This document shows, one piece after another, positions 12,180 through 23,539 of a stretch of DNA of 42,845 nucleotides; within the stretch, counting starts at the first letter, position 1, and the number at the start of each line of letters is the position of its first letter. The position numbers and the translations under genes were made by a program. Origin of the DNA: Tubiluchus corallicola (Eukaryota; Animalia; Priapulida); assembly GCA_030141605.1 (NCBI GenBank), contig JAQGDQ010001394.1, positions 1 to 42,845 on the forward strand, given 5' to 3'. A model generated the notes under the pieces. That model had not been told where the DNA came from, made no database searches, and worked only from the letters and a program-made list of their open reading frames with translations.

Positions 12180-12620
12180 AAAACAACTTCATTAAAACTT
12201 TTACATCAAAAAGTTAAAATCATGCCAAACATTTCGACTAGCTGCTGCTGTCATCATCAGTGCTAAATTTACAAACATACAACCAGTTTATATAGGCAGA
12301 GACTATTATGCACTAATTAAGTAGTTAACAGAAGCCAAATAGGTAATGAATAAACAGACCTATAGAAAAGAAACTGATACAATAGCAAATAGCAAAGTGT
12401 TTGAAAATAAAGGTAAAGGAATTGAACTGCTTGTACATTAAGAGAAGGCTTGTTAGGGTATGTGATGAATTTTCTTTTATTAATAAGTCCCAATTGTTTC
12501 CAGTCCTGATCACAATGCTGAAATTATTAAAATCAGTTTTGTGGCCAGAGGCACAAATATGGTCATTAATGCTGGGCTGAGGAGATATTTTTTTAATTTC
12601 TTGCCCAGTTCTAGACGAAC
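12180..12620 (-). mobile_element. Penelope-like element 3' fragment
   Basis: SINDHICASGHKTDFNNFSIVIRTGNNWDLLIKEN resembles the C-terminal part of the PLE GIY-YIG domain, followed by a hammerhead core. Confidence 0.65.
12222..12266 (-). ncRNA. Degenerate minimal hammerhead ribozyme of Penelope type
   Basis: Minus strand: CA-CTGATGA-T-GAC(AGCAGCAGCTA)GTC-GAAA-TGTT-TG, downstream of a Penelope-like ORF end. Stem I pairs for only about 2 bp. Confidence 0.55.
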
Positions 12621-12824
12621 TACCCAAATGTTCGCAAATTCTTACTTTACAGTGTCTGGATGTTTTGCCATGGTAAGCAGCATTACAGCTGCTGCACTGA
12701 AATCTGTGAATAATCCTTGCTTTATGTTAAACTCTGTGATTACAATCGCAGTAGTAAATCATAAGTCTCCATTCAGTCATTAACAGGTGCTGTTACATCC
12801 ATTAAATCATTGAAAATCAAATTA

Positions 12825-13486
12825 CAGTAAGTCCTCGCTTAACGACGCCTATGTGTTCCAGCGAAACGTGTTTAAACGAAGCCAAGGCTTCCATAGAAAG
12901 TAATGTACAAGTATTGAGATGCGTTCCAGAGGCAAAAATCACTGCTGCTTAAATCATATGACGTAAAAACGTTTTATAAGTTTTATTCATATTTCTACTA
13001 ATTAGTTTCTTTCTCCTTGCTTGAAACCACCCATCTTTCTTACCAATACTTAGCCAGCTGTTGCTTTTTCGTAAATGTTAAGTCCTATGCCACTTAGCGC
13101 TTAAACACTGCATAGTGAAAGCCAGGCCCTGAGGCGACCACGAGGCAGTTTCATCTAGATACTCTGTCTGGTTACTATAGCAACAGGTTGCAGGCAAAAT
13201 TCCTTCACATAAAGTTTGCTCTCGGGTGCCTGGAGGCGTAGAAATTGCAAATAGATCTATGGAAACTAAAACTTATAATAGTTGTACTGTTTTACATTGC
13301 TAGTGCGTTTTTAGAATAGAATCATTTTAGTGCTTGAAATATGGTAAAAACTTGTTGGTCAAATAAACAATGACATTGAGAAAGTAAACAAACCGTCGCT
13401 AAGTGCCGTTAAGAATGATATCTAATGTTCAGTGTCGCTAAAACGAAACCTCGCTAAGCAGGGAGTCATTAAGCGAGGATTTACTG
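12825..13486. mobile_element. Tc1/mariner (pogo/Tigger-like) MITE
   Basis: TA|CAGTAAGTCCTCGCTTAACGAC ... GTCATTAAGCGAGGATTTACTG|TA terminal inverted repeats (TIRs) with TA TSD. Confidence 0.85.
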
Positions 13487-13630
13487 TAGTGAGAGACTTT
13501 TGAAACACCCTGTACATCGTCCTCTTAAGTTAATGGTAACTCGAGTTCCATCCTAATTAAGAAAATTAACGTTCGTTTCAGTGACGCCCGAAAATGCCCT
13601 CTTTTCGTGATCCTTAACTTTTTATTCCAG

Positions 13631-13742
13631 TAATGCTAATGTGTCTCATACTGTGGTCCTGAAGCCACACATCCATGGCTTCTTTAACATGACCTCTGCT
13701 GAAATTCGTTACCAACCCAGCGATGAATCCGAAGACGTACAG
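13631..13742 (+). CDS. SSR2: Translocon-associated protein beta, coding exon 3
   Basis: NANVSHTVVLKPHIHGFFNMTSAEIRYQPSDESEDVQ; donor CAG|GTAAC. Confidence 0.92.
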
Positions 13743-13754
13743 GTAACATATATA

Positions 13755-14255
13755 CGGTCAACCTCGGATAAAAGGGACCCCTCCAGGACCGGAAAAAACC
13801 GTTCCTTACATCAGATATCCCTTATAGCCAAAGTTGAGTCAGACTGAGGGTGTATGTCGAACTGTGCTTTTCTGTACTTCTACCCATATTTTTATGGATT
13901 ATTGCTGCACATTCAGTGCAAACGGTATGTAGGAAGCACCTTCAGTGATACGAGATGTGTGTGACCGCGGAAACCGAGCTGTTCGAAGGCCGAGTTTGCG
14001 AAAAATTGAGGTTAAAAATCGATCAATTTCACTTTGATCATAGGGTTGCTTATGTGCGAGGTAATTTACCTGGGTTTCTATTACACTGGACCTGAAGATA
14101 TCATCCCTTTTAACCGAAAGTTACTAATATCCGATTACCTTATATACGAAGATTTTTACATAGGAAAAACGTTACGGAAAATCGGGACCGGTGTTGGTGG
14201 TCCCTTATAAGCGAGTGTGGCTTATCAGCGAGTACCTTATACCCGAGATTGACTA
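13755..14255. mobile_element. Degenerate Tc1/mariner-type MITE
   Basis: TA|CGGTCAACCTCGGATAAAAGG ... CCTTATACCCGAGATTGACTA|TA imperfect TIRs. Confidence 0.6.
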
Positions 14256-14274
14256 TATATACTTATTATATAAA

Positions 14275-14560
14275 GATTTTTGAACCCTCAGTAAAAAGCA
14301 GTTTTACAAAGATCATGCATAGGCCCCATTACTCAACTTTGTCCTGCAGTAAAACCGCTAATAATTAATTCAAAAATTGCGCACAGAAATCTGTACTAAA
14401 TTGTGCTGATCGTGTGATGTTTAAAACTTTTTAATGACAAAAGAACGTATGTGGTTGAAGTGCTGAATTATTTGAATCTATGATTTTTGGTTTGAATCGA
14501 ATTCGGATTAAAAAACACTCCATCGAATCGAATCGAATTTGAACGTTCGATGCTCACCTG
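14275..14560 (+). mobile_element. Partial hAT-type MITE (GAATCGAA family), related to 32969-33064 and ~36095-36440
   Basis: Shares TTGAACCCTCAGTAAAA...GTGGTTGAAGTGCTGAATTA with ~36210-36400 and ends TTCGATGCTCACC like the TIR at ~33050-33064. Confidence 0.65.
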
Positions 14561-14613
14561 TACTGCTGTCATCTAAAGCTTTTCTACACCTGCATCTGTA
14601 TTTTTATTTACAG

Positions 14614-14691
14614 TATGGATACACCAGCTCACCTGGAGAGGGCGGAATCATGAGATTTAGAGATTACGATAGGAAATTCTCTCCGCACATA
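14614..14691 (+). CDS. SSR2: Translocon-associated protein beta, coding exon 4
   Basis: TTTACAG| YGYTSSPGEGGIMRFRDYDRKFSPHI |GTGAGT. Confidence 0.93.
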
Positions 14692-15655
14692 GTGAGTATC
14701 TTATCTACAACTTTTGTCCAATTCGGCACGCTACAACATAGATGGTTGTGGTGATACCAGATCTTAGTGCATTAAAATGGATAATACTCTAAGGTGAGAC
14801 ACTGAACCAGCAGATGTGCCATAGCCATGTTCAGATACACATGCATTTTCCCTCTACGAGGTAAACAGCCTGAATCGGTATGGCAAACCGTATTAAACCT
14901 CATAGAGAAAGTATCGAACGTATACAAAAAATAGGAGAACGTAAGCGGACATGTGGAAAGCTAGTCGCACTCTTGTCAACAACTACATGAGCTACAGCAA
15001 AACTGATTTTGTAGCGTACGTTGATGACATTTGAGTGAAATTGTCTAGTTATGAATAAATTTTGGGTATTTCTAATAAACTCAAAGGAAAACAGGATGAT
15101 TTTTCATATCCTACCCCATTTTGAAGTACGGTAAGAAGTATACGTATTAACACATATAGTAATGCCAAAACATTTCTGATAATTAAATAATATGTTTTAA
15201 ATTTAATTAACGGCAGAGGAGTCCAATTTGTCATGACATCACAACTGAACATAATTTTCAATAGCACAAACATTCCACGAGTGCTACTGTATAATATTCA
15301 GTGTGATATACAAAAACTCTGATGAAACTCATGATTCAAATTTCAAATTTTCCTCTGTGCTCGCGCTTGAGCTCTTGAACGTGTGAACTACATCACAAGT
15401 GGACACCTCTGAGCTGAGCGGTACAGTGCATGTTTTTTGTGCAACGCATTTACAACATGCAGGCGCTAGTGCCCATCAAACTCAAAATTATATTTCAGTG
15501 GTAATAATTCTTTCACGCAAATCATTCTTGAAGAAATAATGTCTTTTTTTTTAAATATTTCATAGGATAGAATGTTTTGGCCCATAGTTCAAAATGGGGT
15601 ATGGTTTTCCTTTAAACTTTTATAGAAAAGTTATCATTACAATTTTTATTTTCAG

Positions 15656-15775
15656 TTGGACTGGCTCGCATTTAGTATGATGACATTACCGTCGCTCTGT
15701 ATACCATTCTTGCTGTGGTACAGAAGTAAATCCAAATACGAGTCAATGTCGAAACAAGCGAAAAAGCAACACTAG
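15656..15775 (+). CDS. SSR2: Translocon-associated protein beta, last coding exon (TM helix, basic tail)
   Basis: TTTCAG| [39 protein letters not shown]; total CDS 570 nt = 189 aa. Confidence 0.93.
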   Translation: MDWLAFSMMTLPSLCIPFLLWYRSKSKYESMSKQAKKQH

Positions 15776-15807
15776 CCGATTTCGTGGACGCTAGATCGTG
15801 CACACGT

Positions 15808-16241
15808 CAGGGCCGGAACTAGATGTGGCAAGCAGGGGGGGGGGCGCAAAAATTTTCTGGGGGGGACGAGGTATCCGAAGTGGTTAAGTAATGGTTAAGC
15901 CAATTTTTAATCCCTTTTATACTGCATGCAGGCCTATAATTAGCATGTGTAGGACGGCGTAGCGGACAGAGCAATAATGAGAAAATTAACTCTCAGTTAA
16001 CCTAACGTTATTAATGTGCCTCTAACTAAATTGTTATTTACAGAAATTTATCGCACACAAGTTTTAAGAAAATAATACACTGAAGCTACCAAACATTTTT
16101 TACCTAATTCTAATTCATATTGAAAATGATTACATGCGAACTGCAATTTTCACTGCAAAAAAAATTATTTGTCCGATTTTGCAGGGGGCGCAAATTTTGA
16201 CAGGGGGGCGCCCCCCTCGCTCCCCCCTAGTTCCGCCCCTG
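15808..16241. mobile_element. hAT-type MITE in the SSR2 3' UTR
   Basis: TIRs CAGGGCCGGAACTAG / CTAGTTCCGCCCCTG; perfect 8-bp TSD GCACACGT (15800-15807, 16242-16249). Confidence 0.9.
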
Positions 16242-17692
16242 GCACACGTAGGCCTACCTGTATCACTCATTCTCCCGAGATGAAAGCAAAAAGACACCGT
16301 TTGCATATTCAAGTTTTTCTGGCCTGTTTTCTCACTGATTGCGATAAATTTGGGTGGAGGATGCTTTCCGAATAACCACATGTTCACTGGATCTTCTTTC
16401 CGATGGGTAATAGCAGTTTTCAGCGCGCGTTTGGCGACTGTCGAAAAATGCCAGCCCTCAATAGAACGCTGCCAATTTTGTGAAAGTTTTCTAGGGTCAT
16501 TTGTCGCCAAGTAACAAGTCCAAAGAGAACTTCTATTATAAAAGTTCTTATCATTTACACTGTAAATAATACAGATTTTTTTAGTTATGAGTGAACGTAG
16601 TGGAATGTGGCATCCCATCTATGAGCTCTGCTGTTTTTCTATATTTAAGTAGAGCATTCATGCAAGCAGCTTTATCAGCTGCAGACATCCAAGATAATTT
16701 ACAGAAAAATGTGTGAACAAGAAACACCATCAAATGTAGAATAGTGACTGTATCCACTGCTACTATTTAAGAGTCAAAATATGCATTATTGCTGAAAGTT
16801 GAAAATTTTCACTGCTTTTTAGGTCATAGGAAGTCAAAACAACAGTTGTATGCAATAATTGTTTCTGTTTTTGCTCAAGAAGAAAGGTACGACTCCATGT
16901 GTATGTAATGCATGATCCGTAATGCGTATACAACAGTTTGTATCTAAACATGTGGAAGTGTTTCCATGTGTACGTAATGCGTAATCCGTGATTCCAAAAA
17001 CTTTTGCTTGCAATTTTCACGAATAGCGACCAAAGACGGAGGAAAGAGCATCGTGATATTTGTTATTATGCATAGTGCTCACGGACACATGGAAACAGTC
17101 AGTACGCATTATGGATCACACGTTACATGCACAAGTAGTCGTAGTGGAAGGGTTAATTTTTACCTCGAAAAGTAATTATGTACATACATTACGCAGGTTA
17201 TACGTGACTGGTTATTTGTCCACTACTAATTTAGTTGATAATAACTTTATACTTTACCAATGTCAGCTACGTGTTTTTTATGAAATTGTTTGTTTGAATT
17301 CATTTGACTGTAAATAAACATGGGAAATAATGATGGGAATTTTGTAAGAATAAATTCTAAAAAAAAATTTTACCAGTTTAGCTTTTAACTCGTATCAGTG
17401 TAGATTGAATTTTCGTTCCTGTAACAAGGCTGACAAAGAATATACACAAAGACTAGTGTGATGTGCTTCTGAATTATGATCTTCCAAGACCCCCTGGCTA
17501 ATAAAATAATGCAGCCCCCTTTGATGGTGCCACCCCTAACTCGCTCGCGCCGTCTCGAATCATTTTTAAAACTCGGATTTTCAGACCCCAGGACTTCTTT
17601 TAAAGTTAAATGAATTATTCAGCAAAACAAAATATAATTAAAATACTATACATATTTTTCAAACAAAGTTAAATATGAAAATGTGTTAGTCA

Positions 17693-17804
17693 GGCCTTCA
17701 AGCTTGGAGGTGTGGGGAAGCTAGCCTACAAGATAATCCGGGCCTGGGGGTGTGGGGAAGCTAGCCTATAAGATAATCCGGGCCTGGGGGTGTGGGGAAT
17801 TATA
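17693..17804. repeat. G-rich 40-bp tandem repeat insert flanked by a 16-bp direct repeat
   Basis: TGTGGGGAA at 17711, 17751 and 17791; flanks GAAAATGTGTTAGTCA at 17677-17692 and 17805-17820. Confidence 0.8.
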
Positions 17805-18639
17805 GAAAATGTGTTAGTCACTCACTCAGTAAGTAACAGAAGCCAAATTGACAAGTAACAACAATTACAAACACACATTGCATGACCATTAGAATAAATA
17901 AAACAAATTAAAGGAAAAGACAAGCCTTCTGGGGCCCTCCTATTTTGAACGACCATTCTTCCACCAATGACATCATTCATCAACTGAAGAAAAAGTGCAC
18001 TGTCAGTTTGCTTCGAAAGTATAATTAGTTTTTTACAAATAAGTGGATTTTGTGATGTTTTTGCATAGACATTAGGTAAGCTGCAGAAATTTGAATTGGT
18101 TTATGCAGCGAGCGCTTATGGAAAGCCAAGATGCGCTCAAGAAAAGTCACAAAATCCACGAGTTTGTCATAATTTTGAAGTGAATCACTGCGCTTGAAAA
18201 TTTCCATTCAGTGGTAGTATAAATTAACTTTCTGCTTTCCAGGCAGCAAATTTCTTAGTCATATTTTTATAAGTTTAAGTGATAACGGTAAAATAAACCT
18301 AAACATGCTAAGTCACTTGTGTAACTCACTTTATGTAAGAAAGATTGTTTAGACTCGATCTCATTTTAATTTACTGTCCAAAACATACATTTTCTTGTCT
18401 ATCAAAGTTAACAATTGTTTGTTATATTTTAATAATTAGCTTAGAAAGATAATTAACGGCAACCAAACACAAACACGCTATTGCTTACATCACAAACTAA
18501 CCACAATTTGTGCAATGGTAGGTGTCTTCCCTTGCGCGTCAAGCACATTTGTGTAAGTGTTACTGCTTAAACGCATGATATCACGAAAATAGGCTCTACA
18601 TCATATGACGTCAGAAACTTACACTGCACTTCGTGATAA

Positions 18640-18885
18640 TGATTATCACGGTACCGCCTTCTCTTTATCGGCCACGTGACAAAAAGGTGCCGCTGCCAAT
18701 CTTAGTAGATTCACTGAGCCGCGCTTAGCTTTGAAAATTTAACCAAATTTGAGTATCCGAGGTAATTATTATTTAATCTAAGCTTTGATTTACAAACAGC
18801 TATTGTAGTTTCAATATTTTAGAACATTCTTTATTCTGAACTAATGTTTACACAATCATACGGCTTTCCTTTACCCTTACAAACT
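18640..18885. repeat. Dispersed repeat, inverted copy at ~42445-42690
   Basis: GTGACAAAAAGGTGCC, ATCCGAGGTAATTATTATTTAA and AGCTATTGTAGTTT match the reverse complement of the 42445-42690 region. Confidence 0.7.
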
Positions 18886-19712
18886 TCAATAATATCATTA
18901 ATTATGATTAACATTTACTCAACTCTACACTCACTAAATTTTTTCTCCTTTTTCAAGTCCATTTCCAAAGTCTGAGTTGAAAGGCTTCACTAAAAAATTG
19001 CTACGAAAACCCAGAGTGGCCACTGAATTGCAAAAAACTATATGTCTGCAAATGAAGACTGAAAAATTTTCTAAAACTCATCGGATGCGGTTTTAATAAT
19101 ACTTGCAACATGTTATGTTTCCTTAAGGTTTATTAAAAAAATTACAATTGAAATTTACAACATCTACAATCACTGAAGTTTTTCAATGAAATTATGTTTC
19201 TGAAATCGCAGCTGATGAAATCGACTCACAGTACCAAAAAATAAGGAAACTAAAAAATATTAAAATATCAAATACATGTATGTTCACACAATTTTTCAAG
19301 TGATTGTGCCTGGACACAAAACAAAAATGGCACACGGTGTACATTTTATATTACTATGCAACAATGCCTAAACCACTTCAAGTGGCAAAGTGTGAATAAG
19401 TTGATATGTGACAACAGACATTAAATGTATTACAAAAGCTGAGCAGATAAATTAACACTTGCACGAAACTCCTGAATCAATAAATTTGTAAACAAGCTCT
19501 GTGTTGTTTACATGCAATGCTACTGTCTGATATAATAAACAAATAAACCATAGCTAGTACAAAAATTATGAACAATCTAATTAACGTACGTGAGATTATT
19601 AAGAGTAATCAACTCCGATGAACTAGATCGTTGTTATGACTAGTTAATCGGGGAAAACAATACTGTGTCCCAGCCAACAGTCCCGGCCTGTTGCGGCACT
19701 AACTGTGTAGTA

Positions 19713-20072
19713 CAGTGGTTCCCAAACTAGGGGTAAATTACCCCCTGGGGGTAATATGGTTTTTTTGGGGGGGTAACGGGCACCCCTCTGAAAATTTTTA
19801 AAACTTCGCTCGGAATGCATTTTACGTAGTTTTCTTTTTGAAGAGACTGCAGGCAACACTGTGTCATAATTGTAATTCTTGTTTTGGCAACAATACAACA
19901 ACACCACCTGGAAATTTATTTATGTCACGAGCAAACATAAATAATTTTGCTTGCTTGTGGCATATACGTGTGTTTACTTTTTGAGTTGGAGAAGTAGTAC
20001 TAGGTGGGGGGTAATGGAGACGACCGGGTTTCCCGATTTGGGTAACGGTCCCAGAAAGTTTGGGAACCACTG
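19713..20072. mobile_element. hAT (Charlie-like) MITE
   Basis: TIRs CAGTGGTTCCCAAACT / AGTTTGGGAACCACTG; perfect 8-bp TSD GTGTAGTA. Confidence 0.9.
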
Positions 20073-20265
20073 GTGTAGTAGATATAGAGAATGAAACACC
20101 TGCGTCATCGACATAGCAAACTTATCTCTTATAACCACAACGGAACGGATAGCCAGAAACAATCAATTATATTGAAAATCCATTATACTGAAGGTTTATA
20201 TCAGCATCACTTTGACTAGCATTTCAATGTGGACGGAATAATAATTAGATGGTCAAGCTTTTGCC

Positions 20266-20635
20266 CGGTGGCATAGCTAGTAGGGGTGCAAAATTGGCAC
20301 CTTTCCAACAGCGCCACAACCCATTCATTTTGTTTGCATTTAAACATGTAGAAGTGTTTCCATGAGTACATAATGCATTTTACATATAAAATTTAAATAA
20401 CGCATGTTTTTATTATGTTTGCCCATTTATGAACTTACTGCAAAACTTTTTGTTGTTTTAATTTTAAATACAAAATAACAATTATGCACTTCGTTTAAAG
20501 CTGTATCTTCTCGTGTTTTGACTTTAAACACAAAATTGAAACATATATAATCAATGTGTTAAAAATTGTTTGGCATGTGTCACGGTGCCTTTTTATGCTT
20601 GCTCCCCCTAACTTTAGAACCTGGCTACGCCCCGG
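20266..20635. mobile_element. Degenerate hAT-type MITE
   Basis: CGGTGGCATAGC ... GCTACGCCCCGG imperfect TIRs; flanks CTTTTGCC/CTTTCACC match at 6 of 8. Confidence 0.5.
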
Positions 20636-20795
20636 CTTTCACCGCCTACGTTTTGCCAACCTCGGGTATAAGGTTATAAGTTATGGAAGCAATAATCCAT
20701 AAAAATACGGGTCAAAGTACAGAAAAGTGCAGGTCTAGAAACACCCTCGATCTGACCATTCATTCACTCTAACACAACCCATTAATGTTGTCCGT

Positions 20796-21043
20796 TCAGC
20801 CTGCAGCACCAACCCTAATGATCCTGAAAAGTGCGGAAATGTTGTTGTTCTTGATGGCACTGCGACAGTTGTTGATGACCTCCGTTTTATACTTTCCCAT
20901 CCGGAGTCGTCCGGCCTTCTGGATAATCTGGTTGACGGTTTTTAAGCTGGAGAGCAACTCGACGTGATTCTTGCAACGTACCTTGTACCCGTTGATCAGG
21001 TCTTTGTTCAGATTGTACAGCTGTTGATAGTGTCGTCTCATGC
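20796..21043 (-). CDS. BBS2: Bardet-Biedl syndrome 2 protein (BBSome), last coding exon
   Basis: TTTTCAG| (G)[30 protein letters not shown]...[10 protein letters not shown]...IIRVGAAG*; typical BBS2 C-terminus. Confidence 0.93.
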
Positions 21044-21215
21044 CTGAAAACAAAGCTTAACTGAACACAACGTGTCTCACTTAACTACAACCGTCACGTG
21101 ACCTTATCCAGCGTAACTACATGCAGGTTAAACGGGTGAAACATGTGGTTATTTTACTATATACTACACGCATATAGTTTTAAACTAACATGTCATTCTT
21201 ATCAAGAAATAGTTA

Positions 21216-21468
21216 ACCGGACGGTTTAGTCTAATGGTAATGCGTCTGCTTTCCGTCTAGGAGGTTGTGAGTTCGAACCAGCGGCCGGGTCATATGAAAG
21301 ATTTTAAAAATTGGACCTGCTGTTGCCCTGCCCGACACGTGGTATTTAGGGTAAAAGTGGGGTAATAATAGTCTTTGTTATGTAGTTGTAGGTTGTTATT
21401 TACAGTCTGTGATAATAGCTCTTGGAGCTAATGTTAATTCTTGACCCAAAAGCCGACTTTAAATAAAG

Positions 21469-21507
<39 letters not shown>
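21216..21507 (+). mobile_element. tRNA-derived SINE, central region resembling the MetaSINE-type core
   Basis: A box TAGTCTAATGG, B box GTTCGAACC (21271-21279), GGGTCATATGAAAGATTTTAAAAATTGG core, AATAAA then a long (TTA)n tail. Confidence 0.75.
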
Positions 21508-21532
21508 GTATAACAGAATAGCAGCAGCAATC

Positions 21533-22080
21533 CATGTAAAATGACATAACTGAAGAGAAGATTAACGGTAAGAATTGTTACTATTACAACAGCATGGGTC
21601 TCAACGTGTCGTCAAGTGTGCACAAATGCATTTCTGTTAGGTTCAGTTAACCTTTGACCTTTTCACGATCATGTAAAATTACATAACTGAAGAGAAAATT
21701 AACGGTAAGAATTGTTACTATTACAACAGCACGGGTCTCAAAGTGTCGTCAAGTGTACACAAATGCATTTCTGTTAGGTTCAGTTAACCTTTGACCTTTT
21801 CACGATCATGTAAAATAACATAACTGAAGAGAAAATTAACGGTAAGAATTGTTACTATTACAACAGCACGGGTCTCAAAATGTCGTCAAGCGTACACAAA
21901 TGCATTTCTGTTAGGTTCAGTTAACCTTTGACCTTTTCGCGATCATGTAAAATTACATAACTGAAGAGAAGATTAACGGTAAGAATTGTTACTATTACAA
22001 CAGCACGGGTCTCAAAGTGTCGTCAAGTGTACACAAATGCATTTCTGTTAGGTTCAGTTAACCTTTGACCTTTTCACAAT
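21533..22080. repeat. 137-bp tandem repeat, 4 copies, in BBS2 intron 2
   Basis: Unit starts CATGTAAAA at 21533, 21670, 21807 and 21944. Confidence 0.95.
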
Positions 22081-22133
22081 CATCATCAATTGCTGGAAGT
22101 GTGAAAAGGCTTATTAGTCAAAAGGAAAATTAC

Positions 22134-22305
22134 CTTTCATGTCGTTCATGAGTCTAGAATCCTCCGCTCTGACCACCAAACTGCGGATGATGGCCGAATT
22201 ATCCGCAATTTCAGCAGACAGCTTCTGTCTGACGGCATGAAATTCATCCACCTCCACGAGAACCGATCGAAGTTTTTCCATCTCTTTAGGGAAGCTGGCC
22301 ACAAC
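22134..22305 (-). CDS. BBS2: Bardet-Biedl syndrome 2 protein, coding exon 2
   Basis: GATAG| [57 protein letters not shown](G) |GTAATT. Confidence 0.9.
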
Positions 22306-22458
22306 CTATCCGCACGAATGAAAGCAACGTGGATCGATGTGACGAAAACGTGACAGTACAGCTACGAAACTACACGGGCAATCAACGTTTAGTTTAGGAA
22401 AAAACTACCTATTCTTCCATCATTGGCAATGATAAAAATCGTTTGGCAATTACTACAT

Positions 22459-23418
22459 ATATATGTGCTTGCAAACCAAAACCGTCCATAAGTCGGTATA
22501 GTTAAAACTACGTTATGATGCTTCAAAGTAGAATGCACCAAAATTTTGGTCTTTTTAATTTATTATTAATTTATTTATTAATTTATTAATTAATTTTTCG
22601 TATTTTATAAAAACAAATGCTAAATATATTGGACTTTTATATTCTAGCATCAAATTATCAAGAAAATGTTCAAAAAATACTAAAAATTTAATTTTATAAC
22701 CCCGTGCCCATTTTTCTCTGGCTAGAGACTAGTCTTGCAATTGCAAAAAACTCCTATTTTCAAACTCCGATTGTAACTCGAGGAAGCAGGCATTTTGTTT
22801 CCGGTTTTTTCTGCTAACAAGTCCAAATCTGCGTCAGGAAGAGCCATCTTCTGGATTTAAACATAACCTCAGTTTGTCTAGTAAAATCCATAGCAACCAC
22901 ACTTTCGTACGGTTGCTAAGTGTTTTGTAGAAACGCGACAAAAAACAATGCCTAACTTTAACAGTGATTTTCTCAAGATTATGTTTTTCACTGCACAGCG
23001 TGTACCTCAACTTCAGCGTGGATTATCTCAGCTTAGAAATAACACAGAATGATGAACTTGGTATCAAAATGATCCTCAAGAAATGGAGATTCAGGATATG
23101 TGAATAACTAGAAAACGTTAGTTGCCGGCTATCAGAGTCTGAAAATAGGAGTTTTTTACAATACAGTACAGTCCTAGTTTCTAGCCAGAAAAGTGTGTAA
23201 GGTAAAGAGCTATAAAATTCAATTTTCAGTATCTTTTGGACACTTTCTTGATAATTTGATGCTAGAATATAAGAGTCCAATATATTTAGAGTTGGTTTTT
23301 ATAAAATACGAAAAAATTGACATTTGACCAAATTTTTGGTGCATTGTAATTTGAAACATCACAACGTAGTTTTAACTTTGCAGACTTATGGACGGTTTTG
23401 GTTTGCAAGCACACATAT
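22459..23418. mobile_element. Foldback-like element with ~300-bp inverted arms in BBS2 intron 1
   Basis: GTGCTTGCAAACCAAAACCGTCCATAAGTC...TCTAGCATCAAATTATCAAGAAA...CTCCTATTTTCA (22465-22765) is mirrored at ~23130-23412. Confidence 0.85.
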
Positions 23419-23539
23419 AAATGGAAAAAAGCTGCTAATGTAACAGCAAAAGCTTATGGTTGATACCAATTTCAGCTGCAAAAAGCCGATAAATGAAAAA
23501 GTGGTAAATGGCATCACCAGTCTAGAAAAAATTTATTAC

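Larger units (their letters stand above)
12156..13630 (+). other. SSR2: U12-type (minor spliceosome) GT-AG intron of SSR2
   Basis: 5' site GTATCCTT (12156-12163); branch site TCCTTAAC (13611-13618) 10 nt before the AG (13629-13630); the reading frame joins correctly. Confidence 0.88.

Noticed and set aside
21216-21290. tRNA gene (also ~6667-6735)
   Set aside because: A and B boxes are present but there is no clean cloverleaf, and the sequence continues into a SINE body and (TTA)n tail.
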